A DNA stretch of 64,000 nucleotides from the NCBI GenBank assembly GCA_028280485.1, contig JANQLS010000037.1, forward strand, positions 1,660 through 65,659. Direction: 5' to 3'. This document shows positions 50,485 through 60,073 of this stretch, piece after piece. The stretch comes from Planctomycetota bacterium (GTDB lineage: Bacteria; Planctomycetota; UBA8108; JACQVS01). Made by a program: the position numbers and the translations under genes. Under the pieces are notes generated by a model. That model had not been told where the DNA came from. It did no database searches and saw only the letters and a program-made list of their open reading frames with translations. Every line of letters begins with the position of its first letter. Position 1 is the stretch's first letter.

Positions 50485-53400
50485 AAGGGCTTCCATTCAA
50501 TATACTGTTTTTCGCAGCTATTGCGGCGTTTCTTAAGTCTTCATCTTGATGTTGAGTGAGAGAATTAACTAATCCCAGAGCATCTTTTGCATGAATTCCC
50601 ATCGAACCGAGTATTTCAATCATCTGCTCAGTCTCCGGTTTTTTATAAGGGTGATCTTTTAGTGATTTAAGCGCAGGAAGGATGAATGGAATCGTTTGAG
50701 TCGCGGTAGGAGAATAATGTGGAATCATTCCTAGTGCTAAATCAAAGTTTGAACTCAAGGGTTGCTTAAGCCATCCCGTAATGAGATTCAGAGTTTCAGT
50801 GCGATGCGTGCCTAATTTAATTAGCGCCCTGAGAGCAGCGGATTGATTCACCAGCCAGTTTTGTGAGTGGCGACGGCTTTGATGCTGGACGACTTTCCAA
50901 AGTAGTTTGCCGGTTTTTTTAGGTTCGGGTTCAATTTGCAGCAAAATAGCGTATGCATTGATCTTCTCCTCATCAATGTTCCAAAAAAAGCTTGCCTCAT
51001 CTGAAAAGAAATCGACATCTGAAGATAAATCTTTTTCGATGCCCGAAAGCAAGGCGCTTTGAATATTCAGTCGGTCGCTTGGATTGTTTTTCAAATAATA
51101 AGAAGCCAGTAGTCTTTTAGTGCCAGAGTTTGAAGATAAAAACTCCCGAAGAATCGGATGGATAAATGTCAGGTTTCGTTGCTGGTATTCTAATACTTCT
51201 ATGACTTGGTATGTTTCACTGGCATTTAGATCTTTGAGTCTTGCTAAGATCTGATTTTCTAAGAGGGAGGGGGCTTTATTTAGTGAAGGATTTTTAAGTA
51301 AGAAGTCTAAAACTTCTATCCAAATTGAGTACTCTTGAGTGGGTTTCAGTTCTACTTTTGGAAGTTTCTTTAAGAGGGTGGAAGTATCTTTTCCGGCTTT
51401 ACGAAAAATCTCAAATCCAAGAATTAAATACTGGGGAGGGCTGTCGGGTTTTAAGTTTTGAATATAGATGTCTAAGACTTCGGCCTTAAATTTACTGCAA
51501 ATACCTTTGAAGAAATTGATGTCATAAGTATTTAGATCAGGATTGATTGTAAAAACCTCGTGTAAAAACTGAAATGTGTTGTGAGCGAGGATCTTAATTT
51601 CTTCTGAAGAGCTCGGTAAATTGATTTTTGATTTTTTAAAGTAACCGTATCGATTCGAGCTTTCATCCAGTCGAGTTCTGATCGCTTTCCAAGAATCTTT
51701 ACTCTCTCCGTTACTCAACCAGTAAGTCAAAATCCAACCGTCAAATCGAGGATCTGAGCTTTTGTGCTTAATAAGTTCCTCGGCTGCTTTTTCAATTTCT
51801 TTACCTCGATAGCCGAGTTCGATGATCTTCCACACCGCATTTTGAATGAGGCCATTGTCTTGAGATTTTAGCAGTTTTTTAAGGTGAGTGAGATTTGAAG
51901 AAAAGGATTTTGAGTTCGACAAAAGGTCTGAGACCAAAGAGTGCAAACTGTCATGTTTGAATTTTAATAATTGATCGAGTTCAACTGAAGTGAAGGTTAA
52001 TTTTGCTCTCGGTTTACGATTGAGTTTGTAGTAGCCATCAATTCCTAACTCAATTTCGGTTGGATTGTCAGATAACAATAAGGAATGGATTTCGTCTAAG
52101 AGTTCAGGGAATTCGTGACCCGTTCGACTTGAAATCTCAAGTCGTGCGTCAAGGGCTTCTAACTTCGGAGCTTGATTTAGCAATCGGTTAGTGACTTGTC
52201 TCGTTTGCTCTTTGTGCCAATACCGCGTGGCAAAATAATTGAGAGCATAATAGAGATCTTCATGCTGACTCAATTCGTAGTGGCTTAATATGGCTAAAAA
52301 GGAAGAGTAATCGCCCTCTTTGTCGATATCGGCGTCGAGGAGAGTCGTTAGAGCTTCGTAGCGGATTTCTAAGTTCTCATGATTTCTGAATTGCTCTACG
52401 AAGTTCACGAGCTTAGCTTTATCTTTCGTGAGCGGAATGTAGAGATAGCGAATAAAACTTGTGATGAGTTTTTCATCCTTAAGATCTTTTACATGCTCAC
52501 AGATGGATCCGAAATGAGTGGGGCCAATTTGGATAATTTGGCTGACGAGGATATCCCGCACATCGGGATCGCAGGATGGAATGACTTTTAAAATGACATC
52601 GATCTGTTCGAGTAACCAAGGCTCAAAGGGTTGAAGAGCATAAGCAGCATCAGAAGCTTCTTGGGGAATTTGGGAAGTTGAAAGTCGGGCTAATTCTGGA
52701 ATTAGAATTTTAGCCTCAGCGGGAAAGGCTTCTTGCCCTAGGAAACTTTCGAGGACGATCGAGCGAATGTAGGGACTCCCCTCCTTTAACAAGTGCAGTA
52801 ACTTTGGATAGGGTTTTTGTTGGTAGGATTGTTGGAAGATTTTAAAGCAATCCATAAGGAATTCAGGTTTAGGGTCTCCCGGTTTAGCCTGAAGATCGAG
52901 CTCATTAAAAAGAACTTCTAATGTGTTGGGGTCATTTTTACCTACGTAAGCGAGGGTATGAAGTAAAAGTTCATTGAACGCATCATCGTCAGGGAATGGG
53001 TTATTTTGTAAAAGAGTTTTGAGATTTGGAAGTAAAGCCCCTGCTTGCACATTTAATGACGCAAGAGTGCTGAGGATCGTGCTGAGTTGTTCCTTATCTT
53101 TGATTTTTAGAGCCTCTTTATAAGCTTTCACCCCAGCTGGTTGGATTTCTATGAGGCGAAGCGGTACCCAGAAATCCAAGGGATACACATCTTCTGTAGT
53201 TGTTTCTGCTTCGAATAAATCTTCCTCTTCATAAGTTACAAACGTGAGACTTGAAGGATCGCCATCGTAAAGCGAAATTAGAGGTTGCTCTTTGATGAGG
53301 TCGATCCAGTAACGAGCGGCCTTAGCCGAGTTCACTGAAACGAGATAATCGGCCGCTTCTCGCCTTTGCCATTCACTTTCAGATTGCAACTGTCCGAGAG

Positions 53401-53503
53401 CCTTCCACTCACGGTAATAATTCATGAGAGGGTTGTAGCTCAGGCCCACTAGGGTCAAAAGTGACAGAGTTATGAAGAGGGTGAATTTACGTTTCGACTT
53501 CAT
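50462..53503 (-). CDS. Membrane-anchored HEAT/ARM-repeat protein
   Basis: N-terminal TM helix, Leu-rich helical repeats; 3' end overlaps the convergent gene by 23 bp. Confidence 0.75.
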   Translation of the reverse strand: MKSKRKFTLFITLSLLTLVGLSYNPLMNYYREWKALGQLQSESEWQRREAADYLVSVNSAKAARYWIDLIKEQPLISLYDGDPSSLTFVTYEEEDLFEAETTTEDVYPLDFWVPLRLIEIQPAGVKAYKEALKIKDKEQLSTILSTLASLNVQAGALLPNLKTLLQNNPFPDDDAFNELLLHTLAYVGKNDPNTLEVLFNELDLQAKPGDPKPEFLMDCFKIFQQSYQQKPYPKLLHLLKEGSPYIRSIVLESFLGQEAFPAEAKILIPELARLSTSQIPQEASDAAYALQPFEPWLLEQIDVILKVIPSCDPDVRDILVSQIIQIGPTHFGSICEHVKDLKDEKLITSFIRYLYIPLTKDKAKLVNFVEQFRNHENLEIRYEALTTLLDADIDKEGDYSSFLAILSHYELSQHEDLYYALNYFATRYWHKEQTRQVTNRLLNQAPKLEALDARLEISSRTGHEFPELLDEIHSLLLSDNPTEIELGIDGYYKLNRKPRAKLTFTSVELDQLLKFKHDSLHSLVSDLLSNSKSFSSNLTHLKKLLKSQDNGLIQNAVWKIIELGYRGKEIEKAAEELIKHKSSDPRFDGWILTYWLSNGESKDSWKAIRTRLDESSNRYGYFKKSKINLPSSSEEIKILAHNTFQFLHEVFTINPDLNTYDINFFKGICSKFKAEVLDIYIQNLKPDSPPQYLILGFEIFRKAGKDTSTLLKKLPKVELKPTQEYSIWIEVLDFLLKNPSLNKAPSLLENQILARLKDLNASETYQVIEVLEYQQRNLTFIHPILREFLSSNSGTKRLLASYYLKNNPSDRLNIQSALLSGIEKDLSSDVDFFSDEASFFWNIDEEKINAYAILLQIEPEPKKTGKLLWKVVQHQSRRHSQNWLVNQSAALRALIKLGTHRTETLNLITGWLKQPLSSNFDLALGMIPHYSPTATQTIPFILPALKSLKDHPYKKPETEQMIEILGSMGIHAKDALGLVNSLTQHQDEDLRNAAIAAKNSILNGSPSKESGAN

Positions 53504-53695
53504 ATTTATTGAAGGTACGTCTAAATATACAAATAGGTTCGTACAACCATCCTAATCGATCTCCAAGGCAAGTAAATGATTCAAGGATGAAGGGTTTTGA
53601 TATTTACCCCAAGACTTGAGACAATGAGCCTTCTCAGTTGTCAGCTGATCTTCACCCCCTAATCCCATTTTTTGGAAATCTCCTCATTTAATTAA

Positions 53696-54343
53696 ATGAA
53701 GCTTGTCTGGATTGTCCTCTTTTTATCCGTCGTTTTGATGATCCCATTTCTGCTGTGGGGAGAATTCTTCGAAGCTACTTTCGGAGGTGATGAAGGGGTT
53801 GAATGGTTAAAGGCTTGGGGACCATGGGCAGGCTTGATTGCGATTTTACTTTTGGTTTCCGATGTGGCACTTCCGATTCCCGCAACTGCCGTGATGGCCG
53901 CATTAGGGCTTATTTATGGCACCTTTGTGGGTGGTTTAATCGGCGCATTAGGTTCCTTTTTAGCCGGGTATACGGCCTACATGGCGTGCCGGGTGGGCGG
54001 TCGAGGGATGGCGAAGAAAATTGCAGGTTCAGAAGATTTAGAACGAGGTGAACGCATCTTTAGAGAGGTTGGAGGTTGGTTGGTTGCCTTGAGCCGTTGT
54101 TTGCCTTTGTTGCCCGAAGTGATTACCTGTATGGCGGGTTTAACCCGAATGCCCATCCGAAGTTTCACCATCGCTTTGGCTTGTGGGAGCCTCCCCATGG
54201 CTTTTGTCTTCGCCGCAGTAGGGGACTTGGGAAAAGGGTCTCCGGCACTCTCCCTGACTCTCAGTATTTTACTTCCGGTCCTGATTTGGCCGTTGGCGCG
54301 GTTTTGGCTTCGAAAAAAACAAGCAGAAGCCGAGAGAAATTGA
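53696..54343 (+). CDS. DedA/TVP38/VTT family membrane protein
   Basis: SDVALPIP, G..YG, SRCLPLLPE, AGL. Confidence 0.88.
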   Translation: MKLVWIVLFLSVVLMIPFLLWGEFFEATFGGDEGVEWLKAWGPWAGLIAILLLVSDVALPIPATAVMAALGLIYGTFVGGLIGALGSFLAGYTAYMACRVGGRGMAKKIAGSEDLERGERIFREVGGWLVALSRCLPLLPEVITCMAGLTRMPIRSFTIALACGSLPMAFVFAAVGDLGKGSPALSLTLSILLPVLIWPLARFWLRKKQAEAERN

Positions 54344-54563
54344 GATCTCACTGGCTCTTCGGGTAAAATCTTGTGAACTAAGCGGGTGGTCATCAAATTG
54401 GGTTTGATATTGCCAGTGGGATTCTCTTGGGATGAAAGTGGGAGCGGGCGCGTTCATCTTCATGGTTTGGGTTGATCTATAATTTTGTTTTGAGACAAGC
54501 TCATCCGGGTTTTGTTCCAACGTTCCAGTTTCCATGACCGTTTCCCATAATGGGGGGAGATTC

Positions 54564-55403
54564 ATGAGCGATATAATGACCCTAGTCAATGGGTTGCGAA
54601 GATTCTTACTTTGGTATTGCTGGATACTGATCTTCAGTCTTCTTCCGACCAACCTTCACGCAGACTCTCTGTTAAACCTTGAAACCATCAAACTGAATCG
54701 AGGCCAAAGGGGAACATTAACTCTTCAAGGAACCACCGACTTTGCCTATCAAGCTTTCAGCGCTTCGATCGGCTTTGATCCCAATACGATTCATGTTTCT
54801 GGAGTTTCATTTGCAGAAACGATCGTTGAAGGATTGAACGGGGATTTCGTTCAAGCCAATGTCAATAACGATCGGGGATCGGTGGTAATAGGAGTTCAAA
54901 TGGAACTTCTCCCTCCCTTTGAAGATATTCGAATTCCTGGGATCTCTCAGCCACTCGACCTAGCTCACATTGAAGTTGTTGTACCTTGGGATGTCGAACC
55001 TCCTACTGATTCTCGAGCTCGGTTAAAGTTCATCGATAATTTCGGTCGTCCACCCATCAAAAATGTTTTAGTCGTCGACAATTTAAGTCAACCTTGGGAT
55101 CGCATGATCGAAGGGGTTGTCATCTTAAATCTCCCCGATCCTTTTCGCCGTGGAGATGTGAACCAAGACAGTTCGGTGGATCTCACTGATTCCCTGATGG
55201 TGATGGGATATTTATTTCTAGGTACCGAACGCATCCTTTGTATGGATTCAGCTGATGTCAATGACAACGAACGGATTGAGCTTGGGGACGCTATCTATCT
55301 TCTAGAATATTATTTTTTAGGTTATGATCCACCCAACGATCCCTTTCAGTATGTTGGGATGGATCCGACTCCTGGGCGATTGGATTGCCAGAGTTACCAG
55401 TAA
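54564..55403 (+). CDS. Secreted cohesin-like + dockerin-like protein
   Basis: ATG 54564 after a G-rich RBS; beta-sandwich QAFSASIGFDP...; C-terminal FRRGDVNQD..CMDSADVND..DPTPGRLDC. Confidence 0.75.
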   Translation: MSDIMTLVNGLRRFLLWYCWILIFSLLPTNLHADSLLNLETIKLNRGQRGTLTLQGTTDFAYQAFSASIGFDPNTIHVSGVSFAETIVEGLNGDFVQANVNNDRGSVVIGVQMELLPPFEDIRIPGISQPLDLAHIEVVVPWDVEPPTDSRARLKFIDNFGRPPIKNVLVVDNLSQPWDRMIEGVVILNLPDPFRRGDVNQDSSVDLTDSLMVMGYLFLGTERILCMDSADVNDNERIELGDAIYLLEYYFLGYDPPNDPFQYVGMDPTPGRLDCQSYQ

Positions 55404-55405
55404 CC

Positions 55406-55512
55406 GTAGCCGCGTAGCCATAGCCGCCAGGCTTTGGACGCGATACGCCTTAAAGATCAAAGTTCGAGAAATTTAAAATGCAAAGCGCCCAAAGCCTGGT
55501 GGCTTTGGCTAT
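55406..55512. repeat. GTAG-type REP inverted doublet (family D)
   Basis: GTAGCCATAGCCGCCAGGCTTTGGACGC (55414-41) / GCGCCCAAAGCCTGGTGGCTTTGGCTAT (55485-512). Confidence 0.75.
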
Positions 55513-55547
55513 GAGATTTACGTCTAAAATTTAGGTGAAGATGAAAA

Positions 55548-56303
55548 ATGGAAATTATATTAGTCCTAGCCGTGACCATTATTTTCCCTCCAATTCTTCT
55601 CTTTGGGTTTTTTGTTGTGAACCCGAGAGAGGAGATGGTCGTACTTAGATTTGGTAAGTACGTAACGACCTTGAGAACTCAAGGCATCCGATGGATCCAT
55701 CCTGTGGGGAGAAACCTACAGCGGATTTCAACGGCTGATCACACTTTAGACATCGCTACGACGACGGTCGTGGAGCGAAATGGTAATCCTATTCAAATTA
55801 GTGCGGTGGTGATCTATCGCGTTTTTGACTCTCAAAAAGCGGCGTTGGATGTGGACGATCACTACCGTTTCATCGAAGACCAAGCCGGAGCGGTGATCAA
55901 AAGAGTGAGTTCTCGCTATCCCTACGAATCTTCCGAAAATATAGAAGAACCTTGTCTCAAAGTTGAAAACGATGTCGTGACGGAAGATTACGTCAAAGAA
56001 CTTCAGGCAGCTGTCAATCCAGCAGGAATTAAAGTTCTCGATGTTAAGCTGAACGATTTAACTTATGCTCCTGAAATCGCCCAGGCGATGCTCATGCGTC
56101 AACAAGCCTTGGCCTTGATCGACGCTCGTAAGATGATCGTTGAAGGAGCCGTTGATATTGTGAGCGATGCCGTTCAACGATTGAAAGATGATCAATTGGA
56201 ATTAAATGAAGATCAAAAACAGCAATTGATCTCAAATCTCTTGGTCGTTCTTTGTAGCGGTGAACGAGCTCAGCCGGTTCTTGCAGTCCAACCCAAGTCC
56301 TAA
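55548..56303 (+). CDS. SPFH/band-7 domain protein
   Basis: VVNPREE.V..RFGKY, GNPIQI, LTYAPEIAQAMLMRQQA, SNLLVVLC. Confidence 0.9.
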   Translation: MEIILVLAVTIIFPPILLFGFFVVNPREEMVVLRFGKYVTTLRTQGIRWIHPVGRNLQRISTADHTLDIATTTVVERNGNPIQISAVVIYRVFDSQKAALDVDDHYRFIEDQAGAVIKRVSSRYPYESSENIEEPCLKVENDVVTEDYVKELQAAVNPAGIKVLDVKLNDLTYAPEIAQAMLMRQQALALIDARKMIVEGAVDIVSDAVQRLKDDQLELNEDQKQQLISNLLVVLCSGERAQPVLAVQPKS

Positions 56304-56315
56304 TTATAAGCTTCA

Positions 56316-57785
56316 ATGTATCGATCTTTATTGTTCCAAGCATTTGGTTGGGGAATCGTCGCTTTATTGACGATTCCTGCATGCACGTTTTCGCCTAGCC
56401 CCATTATTGAGAGCTCAAAACCCGTCCACTTAGCGATGGGCTTGAGAGTGGGGGAGGTAACTCAATCCGAGGCCATCGTATGGACTCGAGTTACGGCTTC
56501 CCCAAAACGGAACAATGATGGGATTCTCATGCCCGGAAAGGTGAAGAGAAATGCGGCTGAAAACGATCAGGTTCATCTCTTAGATATCTCGACTCTCGAA
56601 GGATCCGTGATTGGGGCTCAAGGAGAAGTGAGAGTCACCTGGGCTAGAAAAGGCGACTCTTTCTTCCACACTTCAGCTTGGGAAAAGGTCCAAGCTAAAA
56701 ATGACTTTACCCATCAGTTCCGCTTGAAGAATTTGAAGCCAGGAACTCGTTATGGAGTTAAAGTTCAAGCTCGTCCCATCGGATCTGAAAAAGTCACTGC
56801 TGAGCATCGGGCTACTTTTGAAACAGCTCAAGTTTCTACAAAGTGGCAAGATGTCAAATTTACGGTGGTGACGGGACAGGCTTATCGCAACCTTAAAGAC
56901 AAACGAGGCTTTGAGAGTTTTGTTTCAATGAAGAAGTTCGGGCCTCATTTTTTGATTTCGACAGGAGATAACGTTTACTACGACAGTGAACGTCCTCGGG
57001 CTCGAACTCCTGAACTCGCGCGGTACCATTGGCATCGCATGTATTCGATGCCCAGGCTCGTCGATTTTTTCAGTTCATCGAGCGGTTACTGGGAAAAGGA
57101 TGATCACGACACTTTAAGCAATGATTCTTACCCCGGACTGAATCCTAAATTTATGCTTCCTTTAGATTGGGAAACAGGGATTCGCCTCTTCAAAGAACAA
57201 GTTCCGATGGGCGAAAAAACCTACCGCACGATCCGTTGGGGAAAAGGTTTGCAAATTTGGTTGGTGGAAGGGCGAGATTACCGTTCCTCAAATCGAGCCC
57301 CCGATGGGCCCAACAAATCGATTTGGGGAAAGGAGCAAAAAGAATGGTTGAAGAAAACTCTTTTATCGAGTGACGCAACGTTCAAAGTCTTAATCTCACC
57401 CACACCGATTATCGGGCCAGATCGAAAGAGTAAAAACGATAACCACGCCAACAGTGGCTTCGCCTTTGAAGGCAAAGAATTTCGTCATTGGGTCAAGAAT
57501 TCAAAGTTGAAGAATTTTTACATCGCCTGTGGAGATCGTCATTGGCAGTACCATTCAGTTGATCCCGAAACGGGTCTAAATGAATTTTCTTGCGGACCCG
57601 CTAGCGATGTTCACGCGGGTGGATCCCCGGGACAAAACCGAAAAATTCAGCCTTATCACAAAGTCCAAGGGGGTTTTCTCAGTGTGGAGCTCAGCCAACC
57701 CGAACAAATTCCCACCCTTTTCTTTCGGCATCACGGCCAAGACGGTCGTGTCGATAACGAAGTGAAATTCTCGGCCCAACCTTAA
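56316..57785 (+). CDS. phoD: Alkaline phosphatase D family lipoprotein
   Basis: GEVT..AIVWTR, TGDNVYYD, DDHD, EGRDYR, GDRHWQY; lipobox-like IPAC. Confidence 0.88.
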   Translation: MYRSLLFQAFGWGIVALLTIPACTFSPSPIIESSKPVHLAMGLRVGEVTQSEAIVWTRVTASPKRNNDGILMPGKVKRNAAENDQVHLLDISTLEGSVIGAQGEVRVTWARKGDSFFHTSAWEKVQAKNDFTHQFRLKNLKPGTRYGVKVQARPIGSEKVTAEHRATFETAQVSTKWQDVKFTVVTGQAYRNLKDKRGFESFVSMKKFGPHFLISTGDNVYYDSERPRARTPELARYHWHRMYSMPRLVDFFSSSSGYWEKDDHDTLSNDSYPGLNPKFMLPLDWETGIRLFKEQVPMGEKTYRTIRWGKGLQIWLVEGRDYRSSNRAPDGPNKSIWGKEQKEWLKKTLLSSDATFKVLISPTPIIGPDRKSKNDNHANSGFAFEGKEFRHWVKNSKLKNFYIACGDRHWQYHSVDPETGLNEFSCGPASDVHAGGSPGQNRKIQPYHKVQGGFLSVELSQPEQIPTLFFRHHGQDGRVDNEVKFSAQP

Positions 57786-57939
57786 GCTTTAAAGATGGTA
57801 TAGATTTAAGCTTTGGCATTGAAGAATTGAGTTGGATAAGGGAAGATAGGGCCTCTTTTTTGAGAGGCTCGTGCTCGAGTCCACATCAGAGAATCAGAAT
57901 AAATTAGCAATTCTACTTTTAAAAGTCAGAGAGGTAATC

Positions 57940-58704
57940 ATGGCTAGGGACTACGTAACGAGAAAAGAATACGATTCTTGGATCAAAGAATGTGCCGCTT
58001 TAGCGATCGCCTGTGGCTATCCCGTTCAAGAAAATATGATCAATGACAATACGGGATTGGTTTTTGGAGATGATCAGTACGGCGCCTTCGAAAACGGCAT
58101 ATGGTCAGGGGACCCCTACGAAGTTTTTGCAATCTTTGAAGCCTTGAATGAACCGGCCGTTCATGGCTTACCCGATGGTTCGATGGAATGGGCTCAATTT
58201 GGTGGCCTCTGCGATAAGTTGATGATCGTTCACCCCGGTAAGTTCTGTAGCCCTCACCTTCACTGGAGGAAAACAGAGTTTTACGAAGTTGTTTTAGGTG
58301 AGATGGATGTCTTCTACGCACCTGAAATCATCGACGATGAACGCTTGAATGTCTCAAACGATGGTCTTCTCAAGCACGTTCCCATGCCTAAGGGAGGAAA
58401 GAGACCTGACCGAGTCGTTCTGCCTAAAGGTCGTGAACACACCTACGATCAACTGACTGAGTATGTTTGCTTACGACCGGGTGACCCTAAATTCGTAATG
58501 CACCGAAAACATCTTCATGCCTTTGGCTGTCCCGCCGATGCAAAGACTCCAGTTGTGATTCGAGAAGGTTCAGCTTATAGTCACGAACCTACGGCCACAT
58601 CTAAAGACACCCTCCTCAAAGCCTGGCAAGGTATCCACGATAATGGATTCCTTTTGGAAGGTTTGGATGAAGGCCGCCTCAAAAACAATATTGTTGAAGA
58701 ATAA
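57940..58704 (+). CDS. D-lyxose/D-mannose isomerase family cupin
   Basis: CDKLMIVHPGKFCSPHLHWRKTE, LHAF, REGS; ATG 57940 after GAGG (track start 57871). Confidence 0.75.
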   Translation: MARDYVTRKEYDSWIKECAALAIACGYPVQENMINDNTGLVFGDDQYGAFENGIWSGDPYEVFAIFEALNEPAVHGLPDGSMEWAQFGGLCDKLMIVHPGKFCSPHLHWRKTEFYEVVLGEMDVFYAPEIIDDERLNVSNDGLLKHVPMPKGGKRPDRVVLPKGREHTYDQLTEYVCLRPGDPKFVMHRKHLHAFGCPADAKTPVVIREGSAYSHEPTATSKDTLLKAWQGIHDNGFLLEGLDEGRLKNNIVEE

Positions 58705-58733
58705 TTTTTCTGAATTTAAGTTCTCAGAAACAA

Positions 58734-58770
58734 AAGAAAGCCCCGGTGAATTCATCGGGGCTTTCTTATT
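58734..58770 (+). terminator. Intrinsic terminator
   Basis: AAGAAAGCCCCGGTG-AATT-CATCGGGGCTTTCTTATT. Confidence 0.8.
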
Positions 58771-58811
58771 GGTCGAAATTGATCAGATTACGAATAATTT
58801 GAAGTACACCG

Positions 58812-58889
58812 TTAACTAGCACGAAGCGCTAGCGAGGGGATTTAAGTTCAATTCCAATCTAACCCTCGCTAGCGCTTCGGGCTAGCTAA
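58812..58889. repeat. REP family A inverted doublet
   Basis: TTAACTAGCACGAAGCGCTAGCGAGGG...CCCTCGCTAGCGCTTCGGGCTAGCTAA. Confidence 0.9.
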
Positions 58890-59062
58890 TGACATTTTAC
58901 GTTAAGGGGGCCGTTACAAAAGGATGACTCAATTTCACTAGGATGAACTGAAGCCCTCGATTCACCATCCCCTTTTAGCTCAATCTCATTTCGGCTACAA
59001 TGCCGGCTATTGAATCCAAATAATCAATTGAGCTGATTCTTACCACACTTCTAACTGGAGAT

Positions 59063-60073
59063 ATGAGATCGATGCGCTTTTATCTTCCCTTCCTCCTCCT
59101 TTTTCCTCTCGGTTGCCAAGCTCCAGCCGTTTTTGAACTTCAAGATGGTGATCGCGTTGTTTTTTTGGGGGATACCTTCTTCGAACGTGAAGCCCGTTAC
59201 GGAGTTTTGGAAACCGGCCTTCATCGACGTTGGCCCGAACGACATTTTGAATTTCGAAACTTAGGGTGGCCCGCCGATACGGTGACGGGGGATGCTCGAG
59301 TGGGTTATGGCCCGGGTGAATTCAAGAAGTCGAGGTGGCAACGACCTAAAACCCAATTTGATCCTGACTACGGCTTTAACAAAATGGTTGACCAGGTCAA
59401 GCAAGAAAAACCAAGCGTTGTATTCATCAACTATGGATCGAACGAAGCTTTCGGTGGAGTGGAGGGCATCGATGAATTTAAAAAGAATTATGTTCGTCTC
59501 ATCGACGCGATCGAAGCTTTAGGATGTCGAGTCATTTTAATCACGCCTCCCCTGCGAGAGCAAGAATCTACAGCCTCGACGGAGCCTGGGATGGATAACA
59601 ACGTTTTAGACCTCTACGTAAGTGGTATTCGATCGATTGCTAAGGAAAAGCAAGTGCCAATAGTGGATTTATTATCCTTCTCCGGTATGTTCAACCATGT
59701 TTATGTTAAATCTGAAATGGGGGCACTCACCACCAATGGATTACATCTGACCGAGTACGGTTACGTTGCCGTTCTGGCATCCTTGCTTGAAGCTAGTGGA
59801 ATATCTGCTGCTGCAGATTGTTTAATTCACGCGCGCGCTGTCCTCAAAGATCCACTTCGAAAAAAGGTGATACGTAAAAACCGATGGCTGACGTATCGCT
59901 TAAGACCTCAAAACTCTACTTATGTTCTTTACTTCAGAAGACATGAGATGGGGCATATCGCTGAAGAATTAAAACAATTCGATCACTTTGTTCAACAAGA
60001 CGAAGAGGAGATTGCTCGAATGAAGATTCTTCCCCCCGCTGAGAGCGCTGAGAAAGATGGAGAGAGTTCATGA
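59063..60073 (+). CDS. SGNH/GDSL-like lipoprotein of the type associated with PVC CxxCH proteins
   Basis: Lipobox LGC; VVFLGDTFFE, RNLGWPAD, YGSNE, NGLHL; ATGA overlap with the next gene. Confidence 0.85.
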   Translation: MRSMRFYLPFLLLFPLGCQAPAVFELQDGDRVVFLGDTFFEREARYGVLETGLHRRWPERHFEFRNLGWPADTVTGDARVGYGPGEFKKSRWQRPKTQFDPDYGFNKMVDQVKQEKPSVVFINYGSNEAFGGVEGIDEFKKNYVRLIDAIEALGCRVILITPPLREQESTASTEPGMDNNVLDLYVSGIRSIAKEKQVPIVDLLSFSGMFNHVYVKSEMGALTTNGLHLTEYGYVAVLASLLEASGISAAADCLIHARAVLKDPLRKKVIRKNRWLTYRLRPQNSTYVLYFRRHEMGHIAEELKQFDHFVQQDEEEIARMKILPPAESAEKDGESS

